Source: an uncultured Verrucomicrobiota bacterium
Lineage (GTDB): Bacteria; Verrucomicrobiota; Kiritimatiellia; CAIKKV01; CAITUY01
NCBI GenBank assembly: GCA_964535015.1
Contig: CAZHRU010000001.1
Coordinates: 18,148 to 82,147, forward strand
Length of the DNA: 64,000 nt
Direction: 5' to 3'
The notes under the pieces are model-generated. The model was given only the letters and a program-made list of their open reading frames with translations. It made no database searches and was not told where the DNA came from. Position 1 is the stretch's first letter, and every line of letters begins with the position of its first letter. This document shows, piece by piece, positions 1 to 9,505 of the stretch. Both the position numbers and the translations under genes were made by a program.

Positions 1-1140
1 TTCGAATTTGTGCATATGCGGGAAATGGACGCCATTGAAGACGGGCGGATTGAACTGATAGGTCCGGATATCGAAACCGCCAAGGTCGGGGGTGCCATGC
101 CGTTGGGCATCAAGGTGGAAATCGCGGGGCGCGCGATGCATTCCGATTTTGAGCCGCTGATTGAGCGCAAGGTGCATGACTTCCTGAACTACGCGATGGG
201 CATCTTCCACATGAGCCAGCGTGACATCATCTGGATCCGGATCAGCAAGGACGCATACGCCAGCGGGTTCAGGCTGAAGCACTTTGGCACGATCATCCAC
301 GCCCAGATTCACAACCTGTACAGCAAGATTGTCGACAAGGTGCAGGTGACGCTGATTACCGACCAGGTTCAGGTGGAGGCGGCGCTGAAGGAAGCCCGCA
401 AGTCTTATGCGCAGCGTGACGAACGTATCCTGGGCATGACGGATGAGAGTGTGGATGTATTCTACTCGTGTTTGTTGTGCCAGTCCTTTGCGCCCAACCA
501 CATTTGCGTCATCAGTCCGGAGCGGCTTGGGCTGTGCGGGGCCGTGAGTTGGCTTGACGGCAAGGTGGGGTACGAGATTGATCCGACCGGCGGGAACCAG
601 CCGATCAAGAAGACGCATCTCATTGACGCCGCCAAAGGACAGTGGCAGGAGGTCAATGATCTGGTGTACCGGAGTTCGAACCGGACGATCGAGCGGGTGA
701 GTCTGTATTCGCTCATGGAAGACCCCATGACGTCGTGCGGTTGTTTCGAGTGCATCCTGGCGTTGATTCCGGAGGCCAATGGCTTCATGATTGTCAACCG
801 GGAGTACAGCGGCATGACGCCGTGCGGGATGAAGTTCTCGACTCTGGCCGGTTCGGTCGGTGGCGGGAACCAGACGCCCGGGTTCCTGGGGGTAGGGCGG
901 TTGTATGTGCTGAGCAAGAAGTTCATTGCGGCAGACGGCGGTCTCAAGCGGCTGCTCTGGATGCCGAAGGAACTGAAGGAGTTCTACCGGGACCGGTTTG
1001 GCAAACGGGCGCAGGAGGTTGGCGTGCCGAACCTGCTCGACTTGATCGCGGATGAGACGGTGGCGACAACGGGTGAGGAGTTGGTGGAGTACCTGCAGAA
1101 GGTGGGTCACCCGGCGTTGGAAATGAACGCTTTGCTGTAA
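1..1140 (+). CDS. acsB: Acetyl-CoA synthase subunit of CODH/ACS (AcsB/CdhC), C-terminal part; 5' end lies outside the window
   Basis: Frame is open from base 1. Translation carries CGCFEC followed by GFMIVNREYSGMTPCGMKFSTLAG, typical of the A-cluster region. It is followed by acsC/acsD/acsE. Confidence 0.9.
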   Translation, partial: FEFVHMREMDAIEDGRIELIGPDIETAKVGGAMPLGIKVEIAGRAMHSDFEPLIERKVHDFLNYAMGIFHMSQRDIIWIRISKDAYASGFRLKHFGTIIHAQIHNLYSKIVDKVQVTLITDQVQVEAALKEARKSYAQRDERILGMTDESVDVFYSCLLCQSFAPNHICVISPERLGLCGAVSWLDGKVGYEIDPTGGNQPIKKTHLIDAAKGQWQEVNDLVYRSSNRTIERVSLYSLMEDPMTSCGCFECILALIPEANGFMIVNREYSGMTPCGMKFSTLAGSVGGGNQTPGFLGVGRLYVLSKKFIAADGGLKRLLWMPKELKEFYRDRFGKRAQEVGVPNLLDLIADETVATTGEELVEYLQKVGHPALEMNALL

Positions 1141-1175
1141 ACAAAACAAGAACAGGAACGAAGGGGAGGCATGGT

Positions 1176-2516
1176 ATGGCACTGAAAGCACTGGATATTT
1201 TCAAACTGTTGCCGAAGACGAATTGCAAAAAATGCGGGTGTCCGACGTGTCTGGCGTTTGCCATGAAGTTGGCGCAGAAGCAGGCGAGTCTCGATCAATG
1301 TCCGGATGTCAGCGAGGCATCCAAGATCGAGTTGGCGGGCGCCTCGGCGCCGCCGATCCGGTTGGTGACGGTCGGTGCCGGACCGGGCAAACTTGAGATC
1401 GGGAATGAGACGGTGATGTTCCGGCACGAGGAGTCCTTCTACCATCCGGCGGGGGTGGGCGTCATTGTCATGGACACGCTGGACGAGGGCGCGTTGAAGG
1501 CGCGTGTCGAACAAATCCGCACGTTGCAGTTTGTCCGCGTGGGAATCGAGTTGCACGCCAACGTGGTGGCCGTCGTGAATGCGAGCGGGAAGGCGGATCC
1601 GTTCGCCAAGGCGGTGCAGGCGGTGAGTGCGCTGGAGTTGCCCATGGTTCTGATGTCGTCCGAGGCGGCCCATCTGGATCCGGTGCTGGCCAAGGTTGCG
1701 GACAAGAAGCCGCTCATTCATGCGGCGACGGCGGCGACGGTGGATGCGTTCATTGCGCTGGCCAAGACGCATGCCTGCCCGCTGGCGGTTGCGGCTCCGG
1801 ACCTGGATGCGATGCTTCCCCTGGTTGAAAAGGTGCGTGCGGCAGGCGTCCAGGATATTGTTCTGGATGTGACCACTCCGACCGTATCCGGCACCTTGCA
1901 GGCGTTGACGGCCGTCCGGCGGTTGGCGCTCAAGAAGAACATGCGGGTGGTCGGGTTCCCGTGCATGGTGATCAATCGTACGGCCGATCCGCTGGTGAAT
2001 GTGGCGGAGTGCAGTATGTATGTGGCGAAGTACGCGGGCATTGTGCTGACCGATCTTGATCAGCCGGAGCAGTTGATGCCGGTGTTGACGGTCAGTCAGA
2101 ACCTTTACACGGACCCGCGCAAGCCGATCCAGGTGGAGGCGAAATTGAACGCCATCGGGGCGGTTACGCCGGACTCGCCGCTGCTGATTACCACCAACTT
2201 CTCGCTGACGTACTACACGGTGGCGGGCGAGGTGGAGGCCAGTCGTGTGCCGGCATACATCGGGGTGTTGGATACGGAGGGGACGTCGGTGTTGACGGCG
2301 TTTTCGTCGGACAAACTGACGTCCGAGAAGATAGCGGCGTTTCTAAATTCCGACGAGGTCAAGAGCAAGGTTTCCCATCGCAAGGTGATCATTCCGGGGT
2401 ACATCGCCGTCATGAGCGGCGGCCTGAAGGATGACTCGGGGTGGACGGTGCTGGTGGGGCCCCGGGAAGCCAGTGGCATCTCGAAGTTTCTGAAGACGAC
2501 CTGGGTCAATGCGTGA
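1176..2516 (+). CDS. acsC: Corrinoid iron-sulfur protein large subunit (CFeSP gamma, AcsC/CdhE)
   Basis: N-terminal Fe-S motif CKKCGCPTCLAFAMKLA. 446 aa. GGGGAGG sits 6 nt upstream of the ATG. Lies in the acs operon. Confidence 0.9.
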   Translation: MALKALDIFKLLPKTNCKKCGCPTCLAFAMKLAQKQASLDQCPDVSEASKIELAGASAPPIRLVTVGAGPGKLEIGNETVMFRHEESFYHPAGVGVIVMDTLDEGALKARVEQIRTLQFVRVGIELHANVVAVVNASGKADPFAKAVQAVSALELPMVLMSSEAAHLDPVLAKVADKKPLIHAATAATVDAFIALAKTHACPLAVAAPDLDAMLPLVEKVRAAGVQDIVLDVTTPTVSGTLQALTAVRRLALKKNMRVVGFPCMVINRTADPLVNVAECSMYVAKYAGIVLTDLDQPEQLMPVLTVSQNLYTDPRKPIQVEAKLNAIGAVTPDSPLLITTNFSLTYYTVAGEVEASRVPAYIGVLDTEGTSVLTAFSSDKLTSEKIAAFLNSDEVKSKVSHRKVIIPGYIAVMSGGLKDDSGWTVLVGPREASGISKFLKTTWVNA

Positions 2517-4459
2517 AGTCCTACTCCATAACATTCCTGCCTGACAACAAGACCATTGAGGCGGCGGCCGGGAAAAGTGTCCTGGAGGCTGCTGTGGCGA
2601 CGGGTATTCCCATCAACAGTGTTTGCGGGGGGGATGGGGTTTGCGGAAAGTGCCGGGTGATCATCAAATCCGGCAAGGTCACGGCCAAGCCCAGCATGTT
2701 CCTGGATCGTCTGGATATTCAGCGCGGAATGGCATTGGCGTGCCAGACGTTCATTGATGGCGATGTGGTGATTGAGGTGCCGCATGAGAGCCGGGTGGGC
2801 GGGGTGCCGCAACTGGCCACGGAGGACGCCATCCGGTATGGATCCATCTCCGACTGGGTTGGGGAGGGAGCCTTGTTCCCGCATAATCCCCTGTTCCAGA
2901 AGGTCTATTTGGAGCTTCCGCCGCCGACGATTACCGACTGTATTTGCGATCAGGAGCGGTTGTACCGGGAGATCAGGCGGACGCGGGATGTGCCGATCAT
3001 GCAGACGGGGCTTTCGGTGCTCCAGCGCCTCCCGGACGTCCTCAGGCAGGGCGACTGGAAGGTTACGGCGTTGTTGGGTTGCCGCGGCGGGACCCTGGAG
3101 GTCGTTGACGTGGAACCGGGCAACACCGCCACCAGCAGTTTCGGAGTGGCGCTGGACCTGGGGACGACGACGGTGGTGGCCCATCTGGTGGATCTCAACA
3201 GCTCCAAGACGCTGGCGACGAAAGCCAAGTACAACTCCCAGATTTCGTTTGGCGACGACGTGATTTCGCGGATCATGTTCGGGGCGACGGCAGAGCGGCG
3301 CACCCAGTTGCGGGACGTGATTGTCAATGACATCAACGACCTGGTGGCGGCGCTGGTGGTTGAGGCGAAGGTGAAGTTGCATGATGTGTGCATGATGGCC
3401 TGCGCTGGAAATACCACCATGATCCATTTGTTATGCGCGCTCAATCCGAGCAATATCCGGAAGGATCCCTACATCCCGGCCGCCTGTTCACCTCCGACGA
3501 TTCGGGCGGCTGAGGTGGGGATCAAGATCAATTCGCGCGGGTTGCTTGCGACCCTGCCGTCGGTAGCCAGTTATGTGGGCGGAGATGTGGTTGCCGATGT
3601 CCTGGTGAGCGGAATGATGCGTTCTTCCGAACTTTCCCTTCTGATCGATCTGGGAACCAATGGGGAACTGGTGCTTGGGAATTCTGACTGGCTGGTCTGT
3701 TGTTCGGCCTCGGCCGGGCCGTCGTTTGAAGGCGGTGGAATCACCTGCGGCATGCGGGCCACCAATGGGGCCATTGAGCACATCCTGTTGGGCAAGAACG
3801 GTGACATTGTGCAGTGCAGCGTGGTTGGGGGAGGAAAGCCGCTGGGGTTGTGCGGATCGGGTTTGATTGATACGGTTGCCGAAATGTTGAAGGCCGGATG
3901 TATTGACCGGCGCGGGCGGTTTGACCGGGCGGCGTGCGGGGGGCGAGTGCGGGAGAACGAGTCGGGCGGGTTGGAGTTCGTGCTGTTCACCGGGAAGGAG
4001 ACGGCTCTTGGTCGCGATTTGGTATTAACCGAGGCGGATATCAGCAACCTCATCCACAGCAAGGGATCGATTTACATGGCGACGGAGTGCCTGTTGGATC
4101 ACGTGGGCATGACCTTTGACGATCTGCAGCACGTGTACATTGCCGGTGGGTTCGGGAACTACCTGAAGGTCGAGGAAGGGGTGCGGATCGGGTTGCTGCC
4201 CGACCTGGATCCGGCGAAGTTCAAGTATATCGGTAACGGTTCGGTCCAAGGGGCCAAGATGGCCTTGCTATCGCAGGAGGCCCTGCGTTATGTGCAGGAG
4301 CAGATTGCCGGAGCAATGACCTATCTGGAACTCAGCTCGAGTCACAAGTACATGAATGAATACAGTTCATGCCTGTTTCTGCCGCACACCAACATTGAGA
4401 AGTTTCCATCGCTGATCAAGGGATCCGGAAAACCACAGCAAGGGGCGGGGGTATCATGA
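2513..4459 (+). CDS. acsV: Corrinoid activation/regeneration protein (RACo/AcsV-type): 2Fe-2S ferredoxin domain plus ASKHA ATPase domain
   Basis: GTG at 2513 overlaps the acsC stop (GTGA). Has the ferredoxin motif CGGDGVCGKCRV and later DLGTTTV and DLGTNGE actin-fold phosphate motifs. The track ORF start at 2441 lies inside acsC and is unlikely. Confidence 0.8.
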   Translation: MKSYSITFLPDNKTIEAAAGKSVLEAAVATGIPINSVCGGDGVCGKCRVIIKSGKVTAKPSMFLDRLDIQRGMALACQTFIDGDVVIEVPHESRVGGVPQLATEDAIRYGSISDWVGEGALFPHNPLFQKVYLELPPPTITDCICDQERLYREIRRTRDVPIMQTGLSVLQRLPDVLRQGDWKVTALLGCRGGTLEVVDVEPGNTATSSFGVALDLGTTTVVAHLVDLNSSKTLATKAKYNSQISFGDDVISRIMFGATAERRTQLRDVIVNDINDLVAALVVEAKVKLHDVCMMACAGNTTMIHLLCALNPSNIRKDPYIPAACSPPTIRAAEVGIKINSRGLLATLPSVASYVGGDVVADVLVSGMMRSSELSLLIDLGTNGELVLGNSDWLVCCSASAGPSFEGGGITCGMRATNGAIEHILLGKNGDIVQCSVVGGGKPLGLCGSGLIDTVAEMLKAGCIDRRGRFDRAACGGRVRENESGGLEFVLFTGKETALGRDLVLTEADISNLIHSKGSIYMATECLLDHVGMTFDDLQHVYIAGGFGNYLKVEEGVRIGLLPDLDPAKFKYIGNGSVQGAKMALLSQEALRYVQEQIAGAMTYLELSSSHKYMNEYSSCLFLPHTNIEKFPSLIKGSGKPQQGAGVS

Positions 4460-5223
4460 GTCTGCGGATTGCACTGGCGGGTAAGGGCGGCACCGGGAAG
4501 ACGACGATCTCGGCGCTCCTGTGTCGCAGTCTCATGGCCAGGAATATCAAACCCATTCTCGCGGTTGATGCGGATCCGAACAGTTGTCTGGCGGACAAAC
4601 TCGGGTTGAACGTTGAGCGGACAATCGGGGCGTTGCGGGAGGAGCTTCGGGCGCGGCCGGATGCGAAGCCGGCGGGAATCTCCAAGAATGAGTGGATTGA
4701 ACGCCAGATCAACGAATCACTGGTGGAGGCGACGGGATTGGACTTGCTGGCCATGGGGCGGCAGGAGGGGCCGGACTGCTACTGCTTCATCAATAACCTG
4801 CTGCGGGAGTACCTCGGCCGACTCTGCAAGGACTACCGGGCGCTCGTCATTGATAATGAGGCGGGCATGGAGCACTTGAGCCGGAGGACAGACGGCCATG
4901 TGGATGTGATGTTGGTGGTGTGCCAGCCGACGGTTATCGGAGCCCGCACGGCCATCCGCATCATGGAACTGGTGCGGAGTCTCCATCTGGAAATCGGGGC
5001 GTGTTATCTGGTGTTAAACCAGTGCAACGGGGCGATGTCGCCCGAGTTGGCGGCGCAGTTCCAGCAGACCGGGCTGGAGAAACTGGCGATGATTCCGGCG
5101 GACCCGGCCATCGCCGAGCATGATGTGAAAGGGCAGGCGGTGAATGATCTGCCAGCGAATTCCCCGGCTGTGGCGGCCGTGGATGGGCTGGTATCAAGGC
5201 TTTTGGAAAGGAGCAAGGTATGA
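4456..5223 (+). CDS. cooC: CooC/AcsF-type Ni-insertion ATPase (MinD/ParA-like)
   Basis: P-loop GKGGTGKTT and a CxC metal motif (PDCYCF). ATGA overlap with acsV. 255 aa. Confidence 0.8.
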   Translation: MSLRIALAGKGGTGKTTISALLCRSLMARNIKPILAVDADPNSCLADKLGLNVERTIGALREELRARPDAKPAGISKNEWIERQINESLVEATGLDLLAMGRQEGPDCYCFINNLLREYLGRLCKDYRALVIDNEAGMEHLSRRTDGHVDVMLVVCQPTVIGARTAIRIMELVRSLHLEIGACYLVLNQCNGAMSPELAAQFQQTGLEKLAMIPADPAIAEHDVKGQAVNDLPANSPAVAAVDGLVSRLLERSKV

Positions 5224-6188
5224 GCATACTGGATGATGCCAAGGATAAATGGACAGGGACGATCAATGAATTGACGATTGGGGCCACCAAGGCGGACGGG
5301 GGGACCCGGACGTCGGTTGTCACGGTCGGCGGAGCCGGCGCACTGCCGTTCATGCACTTTGAGGGCGCGACGCCCCGTGCCCCGGTGGTGGCGATGGAGA
5401 TATGGGATCGCGAGCCGGATGACTGGGCACAACCGCTGGTTGACGCCTTTGGTCCGGTGCTGAAATCGCCGGCGGACTGGGCGAAGAAGTGCGTCGAGGA
5501 GTATGGCGCCGATCTGCTCTGTCTTAAACTTGCGGGGACGCATCCGGACTTCGGCAATGCCTCACCGGAGCAGGCCTCAGCCGTGGTGAAATCGGTGTTG
5601 AAGGCGGTTGGGGTGCCCCTGATCATCTGGGGCAGTGACCACGATGAAAAGGACAATGAGGTGCTTCCCCGGTGCAGTCAGGCGGCGGCGGGCGAGCGAT
5701 GCCTGATTGGCACGGTCAAGGAAGACAACTACAAGACCCTTGTGGCCTCATGCCTGGCGGATGGGCATACCATCATCGGGTTAAGCCCGATCGACATCAA
5801 CATTGCCAAGCAGGTCAACATCCTGGTTTCCGAGATGGGGTTGCCGCTCAACCGTATAGTGATGTATCCTACGACGGGTGCGTTGGGGTACGGGATCGAG
5901 TACGCGCACTCCATCCAGGAACGCGGGCGTCTGGCCGCGCTCGGTGGCGACAAGATCATGTCGTTGCCGGTGATCTGCATGGTCGGTTCGGAAGCGTGGC
6001 GGACCAAGGAGGCAAAAGCGAGTCGGCAGGAGAATCCGGCGTGGGGCGACGAGGCGACACGTGGACTCTACTGGGAAATCGGCACGGCTTCCACGTTGCT
6101 GCAGGCGGGGAGTGACATCCTGGTGATGCGCCATCCCGCGGCGGTGGCGGCGATCAAGAAGACAATCAGTGAATTAATGGTGAAGTAA
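5220..6188 (+). CDS. acsD: Corrinoid iron-sulfur protein small subunit (CFeSP delta, AcsD/CdhD)
   Basis: 322 aa TIM-barrel-like protein. N-terminal region VVTVGGAGALPFMHFEGA...VAMEIWD is typical of AcsD. ATGA overlap with cooC. Confidence 0.85.
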   Translation: MSILDDAKDKWTGTINELTIGATKADGGTRTSVVTVGGAGALPFMHFEGATPRAPVVAMEIWDREPDDWAQPLVDAFGPVLKSPADWAKKCVEEYGADLLCLKLAGTHPDFGNASPEQASAVVKSVLKAVGVPLIIWGSDHDEKDNEVLPRCSQAAAGERCLIGTVKEDNYKTLVASCLADGHTIIGLSPIDINIAKQVNILVSEMGLPLNRIVMYPTTGALGYGIEYAHSIQERGRLAALGGDKIMSLPVICMVGSEAWRTKEAKASRQENPAWGDEATRGLYWEIGTASTLLQAGSDILVMRHPAAVAAIKKTISELMVK

Positions 6189-6204
6189 AAAAAGGAGACG
6201 GATC

Positions 6205-7005
6205 ATGTTTGTTATTGGAGAACGAATCAACGGAATGTTTACATCAATCGGGGATGCCATCCTGGCAAAGGATGCCGCCCCGGTGCGTTCGATGGCGGAA
6301 CAACAGATTGCCTGCGGCGCCAATGCCCTCGACATCAATGTGGGGACGCGTGTGCCGAAGGCCGAGCGACCTGCGGTCATGAAGTGGCTGGTTGACACGA
6401 CGCGGGAGGTGACGGACATCTGCCTGGCGATTGATACGCCCAGTCTGGACATCATGCGGGTCGGATTGGAGGCCGCATGCCGCAAGGGGACGGGGATGAT
6501 CAATTCCACGACCGGGCAGGCGGACAAGCTGGCGGCGTTCATGAAGCTGGCCAAGGAGTTCAACGCCCGCATTATCGGGCTGGCCATTGATGAAAACGGC
6601 GTGGCCTCGACGGCGGACGCCAAGGTGGAGATCGGCATGCGCGTGGTCGCCGCGGCCATGGATGCGGGTATTTCCACGGAGGAGGTCTACCTGGATCCCA
6701 TCACGTTGCCGTTAAACTGCGCCCAGGATGCGCCCGGCATCATGCTGGAGACGATCCGCCAGTTCAAGCTGTTGTCCGATCCGGCTCCGCATGTTGTCAT
6801 CGGGTTGAGCAACCTGAGTCAGGGGGCGACGGAGCGGGGGCTGATCAACCGGGCATTTCTCGTGATGGCGATCCAGGCGGGCCTGGATTCCAGCATTCAT
6901 GATCCGCTTGACGAGGAGTTGATGAATGCGATGATCACTGCGGAGGTCCTGCTCAACAAGATGATCTACAGTGACTCGTATCTGAAGGCCTACCGGCAGA
7001 AGTAA
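6205..7005 (+). CDS. acsE: Methyltetrahydrofolate:corrinoid/iron-sulfur protein methyltransferase (pterin-binding domain)
   Basis: Starts MFVIGERINGMF and contains ALDINVG and GLSNLSQG, pterin-binding MeTr signatures. AGGAG RBS upstream. Confidence 0.85.
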   Translation: MFVIGERINGMFTSIGDAILAKDAAPVRSMAEQQIACGANALDINVGTRVPKAERPAVMKWLVDTTREVTDICLAIDTPSLDIMRVGLEAACRKGTGMINSTTGQADKLAAFMKLAKEFNARIIGLAIDENGVASTADAKVEIGMRVVAAAMDAGISTEEVYLDPITLPLNCAQDAPGIMLETIRQFKLLSDPAPHVVIGLSNLSQGATERGLINRAFLVMAIQAGLDSSIHDPLDEELMNAMITAEVLLNKMIYSDSYLKAYRQK

Positions 7006-7041
7006 GAACAACCGCCGGAAAGCCGTGGAGTTGGTGAACGT

Positions 7042-7677
7042 ATGACTGACCGACCACCGCAGCGGCCTTATGACCAAGCCCTGGAGATGGGCTTGGTCCG
7101 TTTACGTTCACGATGGCCGTCCCCCGAGAAGTGCGAGGCGCTCGGGTTGATGGTGACGGCGGACGTGATACGGGTTCCGGTGCTGGGTCACACGGTTACC
7201 GTTGATCCGGCAAACCATGGTGTATGGGTCGGTGAAAAGGAGAGGGTCCGCTGTGTTTGGGCGGTGCTTGTGGTGCACTACCTTTGCGCAGAGGACTACA
7301 TTCCCGATTTTCGCGCGGTCTCCTTCAGTTACTTCCAGGATTGCCGCGACTACCTGAGTGTATTTGGCAAGCGGATCACGGGGCGTTTTCTGGCCACCTC
7401 GGGGCGCAGTTCCGAGCGTTTCGCGCAGGTGGCGGAGAAGTGCGGGGGGGTGAGGGTGTCCGGCCCGGGCACGGGATACCGCTTTGATGTCTTTCCTCGT
7501 GTTCCGATCACGATTGTGCGATATGAGGGTGACGAGGAAGTTGCCGCGGGGGCCAGCATCGTCTATCGGGCGGATGCCGGGCAGTTGCTGCCAGCCGAAG
7601 ACCGGGTGGTGGTGGCGGAAGTGCTACTGGATACCCTGGCGGGAAAACCCATAGCGGAAAACGGAGAGGCAGGATGA
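7042..7677 (+). CDS. DUF3786-like protein
   Basis: 211 aa. The C-terminal pattern FDVFPRVPITIVRYEGDEEV...LLPAEDRVVVAEVL resembles DUF3786, as I recall that family. Lies in the acs operon. Confidence 0.55.
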   Translation: MTDRPPQRPYDQALEMGLVRLRSRWPSPEKCEALGLMVTADVIRVPVLGHTVTVDPANHGVWVGEKERVRCVWAVLVVHYLCAEDYIPDFRAVSFSYFQDCRDYLSVFGKRITGRFLATSGRSSERFAQVAEKCGGVRVSGPGTGYRFDVFPRVPITIVRYEGDEEVAAGASIVYRADAGQLLPAEDRVVVAEVLLDTLAGKPIAENGEAG

Positions 7678-8780
7678 TCGCGGGAAAAGAAAAGCGTTTG
7701 TACGTCGCGGCCACCAGTCAGAACGACGGGAAGACCACCTGTACACTGGGGTTCCTCGACGCATACCGGGCGATGTCGAAATCGGTGGGATTCATCAAGC
7801 CGGTGGGGCAGCGTTACGTGCTCGTTGACGGGCAGACCATTGACGAGGACAGTGTCCTGATTCAGCAGGTGTGCGATTTGCGGTGTCCGCTGAAGGACAT
7901 GAGTCCGGTGGCGATCGAAAGGAACTTTACGCGTCAGTTCCTGGATGATCCCGAGGGGGTGACCCCCCGACTGAAGCAGGCGATTGAGGATTCCTACGGC
8001 ATTGCGGCACGGGACAGGGATTTGGTGGTCATTGAAGGGACTGGGCATGCCGGGGTGGGATCGGTGTTTGATCTGAGCAACGCGCGTGTGGCGAAGATGC
8101 TTAACGCCAAGGTGGTTATTGTAACCCTGGGCGGCATTGGCCGGCCGGTGGATGAGATTGCGCTGAACCAGACCCTGTTTGAGAAGGAAGACGTAGAAGT
8201 CATCGGGGTGGTGGCCAACAAGATCCAACCCGAGAAACTGGAACAGACGTACGAGTACCTGACCCGGGCTTTTGGTCGGCGGGGACTGCGCTTGTTGGGT
8301 ACGATTCCCCATAGTCCCCAACTTACATGGCCGACGGTTGATCAGGTTGCCAAAGCGATCAAGGGCACGGTGCTCAACGGGCGCCAGTGTCTCAGCAACA
8401 AGGTGTCGAACATCGTGGTTGGGGCCATGACCGCCCACAACGCGGTCAAGTTCATCAGGGATAAATCCCTGCTGGTTGTGCCCGGCGATCGGGATGATGT
8501 GGTCCTGGCGGCGGCAACCACAGACTTGCTCCGGCAGGATATCCAGTTGGCGGGGATGGTTCTGACCGGCGGGTTGCAGTTGGCGGCGCAGACCAGGGAA
8601 CTCATCATGCGCACGCACATTCCCGTTCTGGTGGTGGATATGCCGACCTATGACGCCACCGCCAAACTTCACGATATAACGGTGAAAATCTGTGAAACTG
8701 ACGCTGAAAAGATACAGTTGGCCACATCGCTTGTGAAACAGTACGTCGATCTTGATCTGCTTTGGAGTTTGTTAGGGTAA
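7674..8780 (+). CDS. BioD-like P-loop plus DRTGG module (equivalent to the N-terminal regulatory half of class II phosphotransacetylase), no PTA catalytic domain
   Basis: YVAATSQNDGKTTCTLGF (BioD/CobQ-like loop) and LLVVPGDRDDVVLAAA (DRTGG-like). 368 aa, ending without a PTA_PTB domain. ATGA overlap with the upstream gene. Confidence 0.6.
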   Translation: MIAGKEKRLYVAATSQNDGKTTCTLGFLDAYRAMSKSVGFIKPVGQRYVLVDGQTIDEDSVLIQQVCDLRCPLKDMSPVAIERNFTRQFLDDPEGVTPRLKQAIEDSYGIAARDRDLVVIEGTGHAGVGSVFDLSNARVAKMLNAKVVIVTLGGIGRPVDEIALNQTLFEKEDVEVIGVVANKIQPEKLEQTYEYLTRAFGRRGLRLLGTIPHSPQLTWPTVDQVAKAIKGTVLNGRQCLSNKVSNIVVGAMTAHNAVKFIRDKSLLVVPGDRDDVVLAAATTDLLRQDIQLAGMVLTGGLQLAAQTRELIMRTHIPVLVVDMPTYDATAKLHDITVKICETDAEKIQLATSLVKQYVDLDLLWSLLG

Positions 8781-8830
8781 GTGGGTGAGTTCTCGAAAAA
8801 CGTTAGTTGGTAGTGAAGGAGAAACGAACC

Positions 8831-9229
8831 ATGGCAAGAATCCTAGTCGTTGATGATGACGTGGAGGGCGCCAAGATTACCGCCGCCGTTCTGGTGGCCA
8901 AAGGGCATGAAGTGGAACTTCTGCATTCGACAGACAATGCGGTGGAGATTCTGACCCGGACAAGACCGGATCTCCTGATTCTGGATGTGATGTTTCCCGA
9001 CAGTCCTGTGGCTGGATTTGACCTGGCGCGGGAAATCAGGCGGCATCTGGAAATCAATAATCTTCCGATCCTGTTGTTGACAGGAGTGAATCAGGAATTC
9101 CCGATGGGATTCTGCGACAGCGACATTGACACGAACTGGATGCCGATCCAGAGTTTCATCGAAAAGCCGTTCAAGATCGATGAGTTGTTGCGTGTGGTGG
9201 CCAAACTCCTGGAGAGCGGAAGGAAGTAG
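8831..9229 (+). CDS. Stand-alone response-regulator receiver (CheY-like)
   Basis: ARILVVDDD ... DLLILDVMFPD ... PILLLTG ... KPF. ATG at 8831 has AAGGAG 9 nt upstream. Confidence 0.85.
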   Translation: MARILVVDDDVEGAKITAAVLVAKGHEVELLHSTDNAVEILTRTRPDLLILDVMFPDSPVAGFDLAREIRRHLEINNLPILLLTGVNQEFPMGFCDSDIDTNWMPIQSFIEKPFKIDELLRVVAKLLESGRK

Positions 9230-9241
9230 TTTCTCGCCCTG

Positions 9242-9505
9242 TCAGTGGTGGTGATGATGGGAATGGCCATGGGGATCGGTGGCGGCTCCTCCCGCTTCGG
9301 CGAGGGCTTTTCGGAGGAGTTCGTCGGTGGCCATCATGCTTGTCGCCGCCTGCTCAAGAATCTCCGCCAGTTTTGCTGATTGCTCCGCGCGTGCCAAGCC
9401 GGCCCACTTTCTGAAGTCAGCCTCGTGATGATTGTTGTGCTCAATCCAGAGGGGCAGAAGAATCCGCATCTTCTCAACTGTTGTTTTCGGGTCCATGTCA
9501 GGCAT
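9242..9505 (-). CDS. Small His-rich protein of unknown family (WIEHNNHHE motif, C-terminal PHGHSHHHHH)
   Basis: 87-aa ORF. Its start overlaps the stop of the CooT-like gene by 8 nt. Composition is not the Arg/Pro-rich antisense type. Confidence 0.5.
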   Translation of the reverse strand: MPDMDPKTTVEKMRILLPLWIEHNNHHEADFRKWAGLARAEQSAKLAEILEQAATSMMATDELLRKALAEAGGAATDPHGHSHHHHH

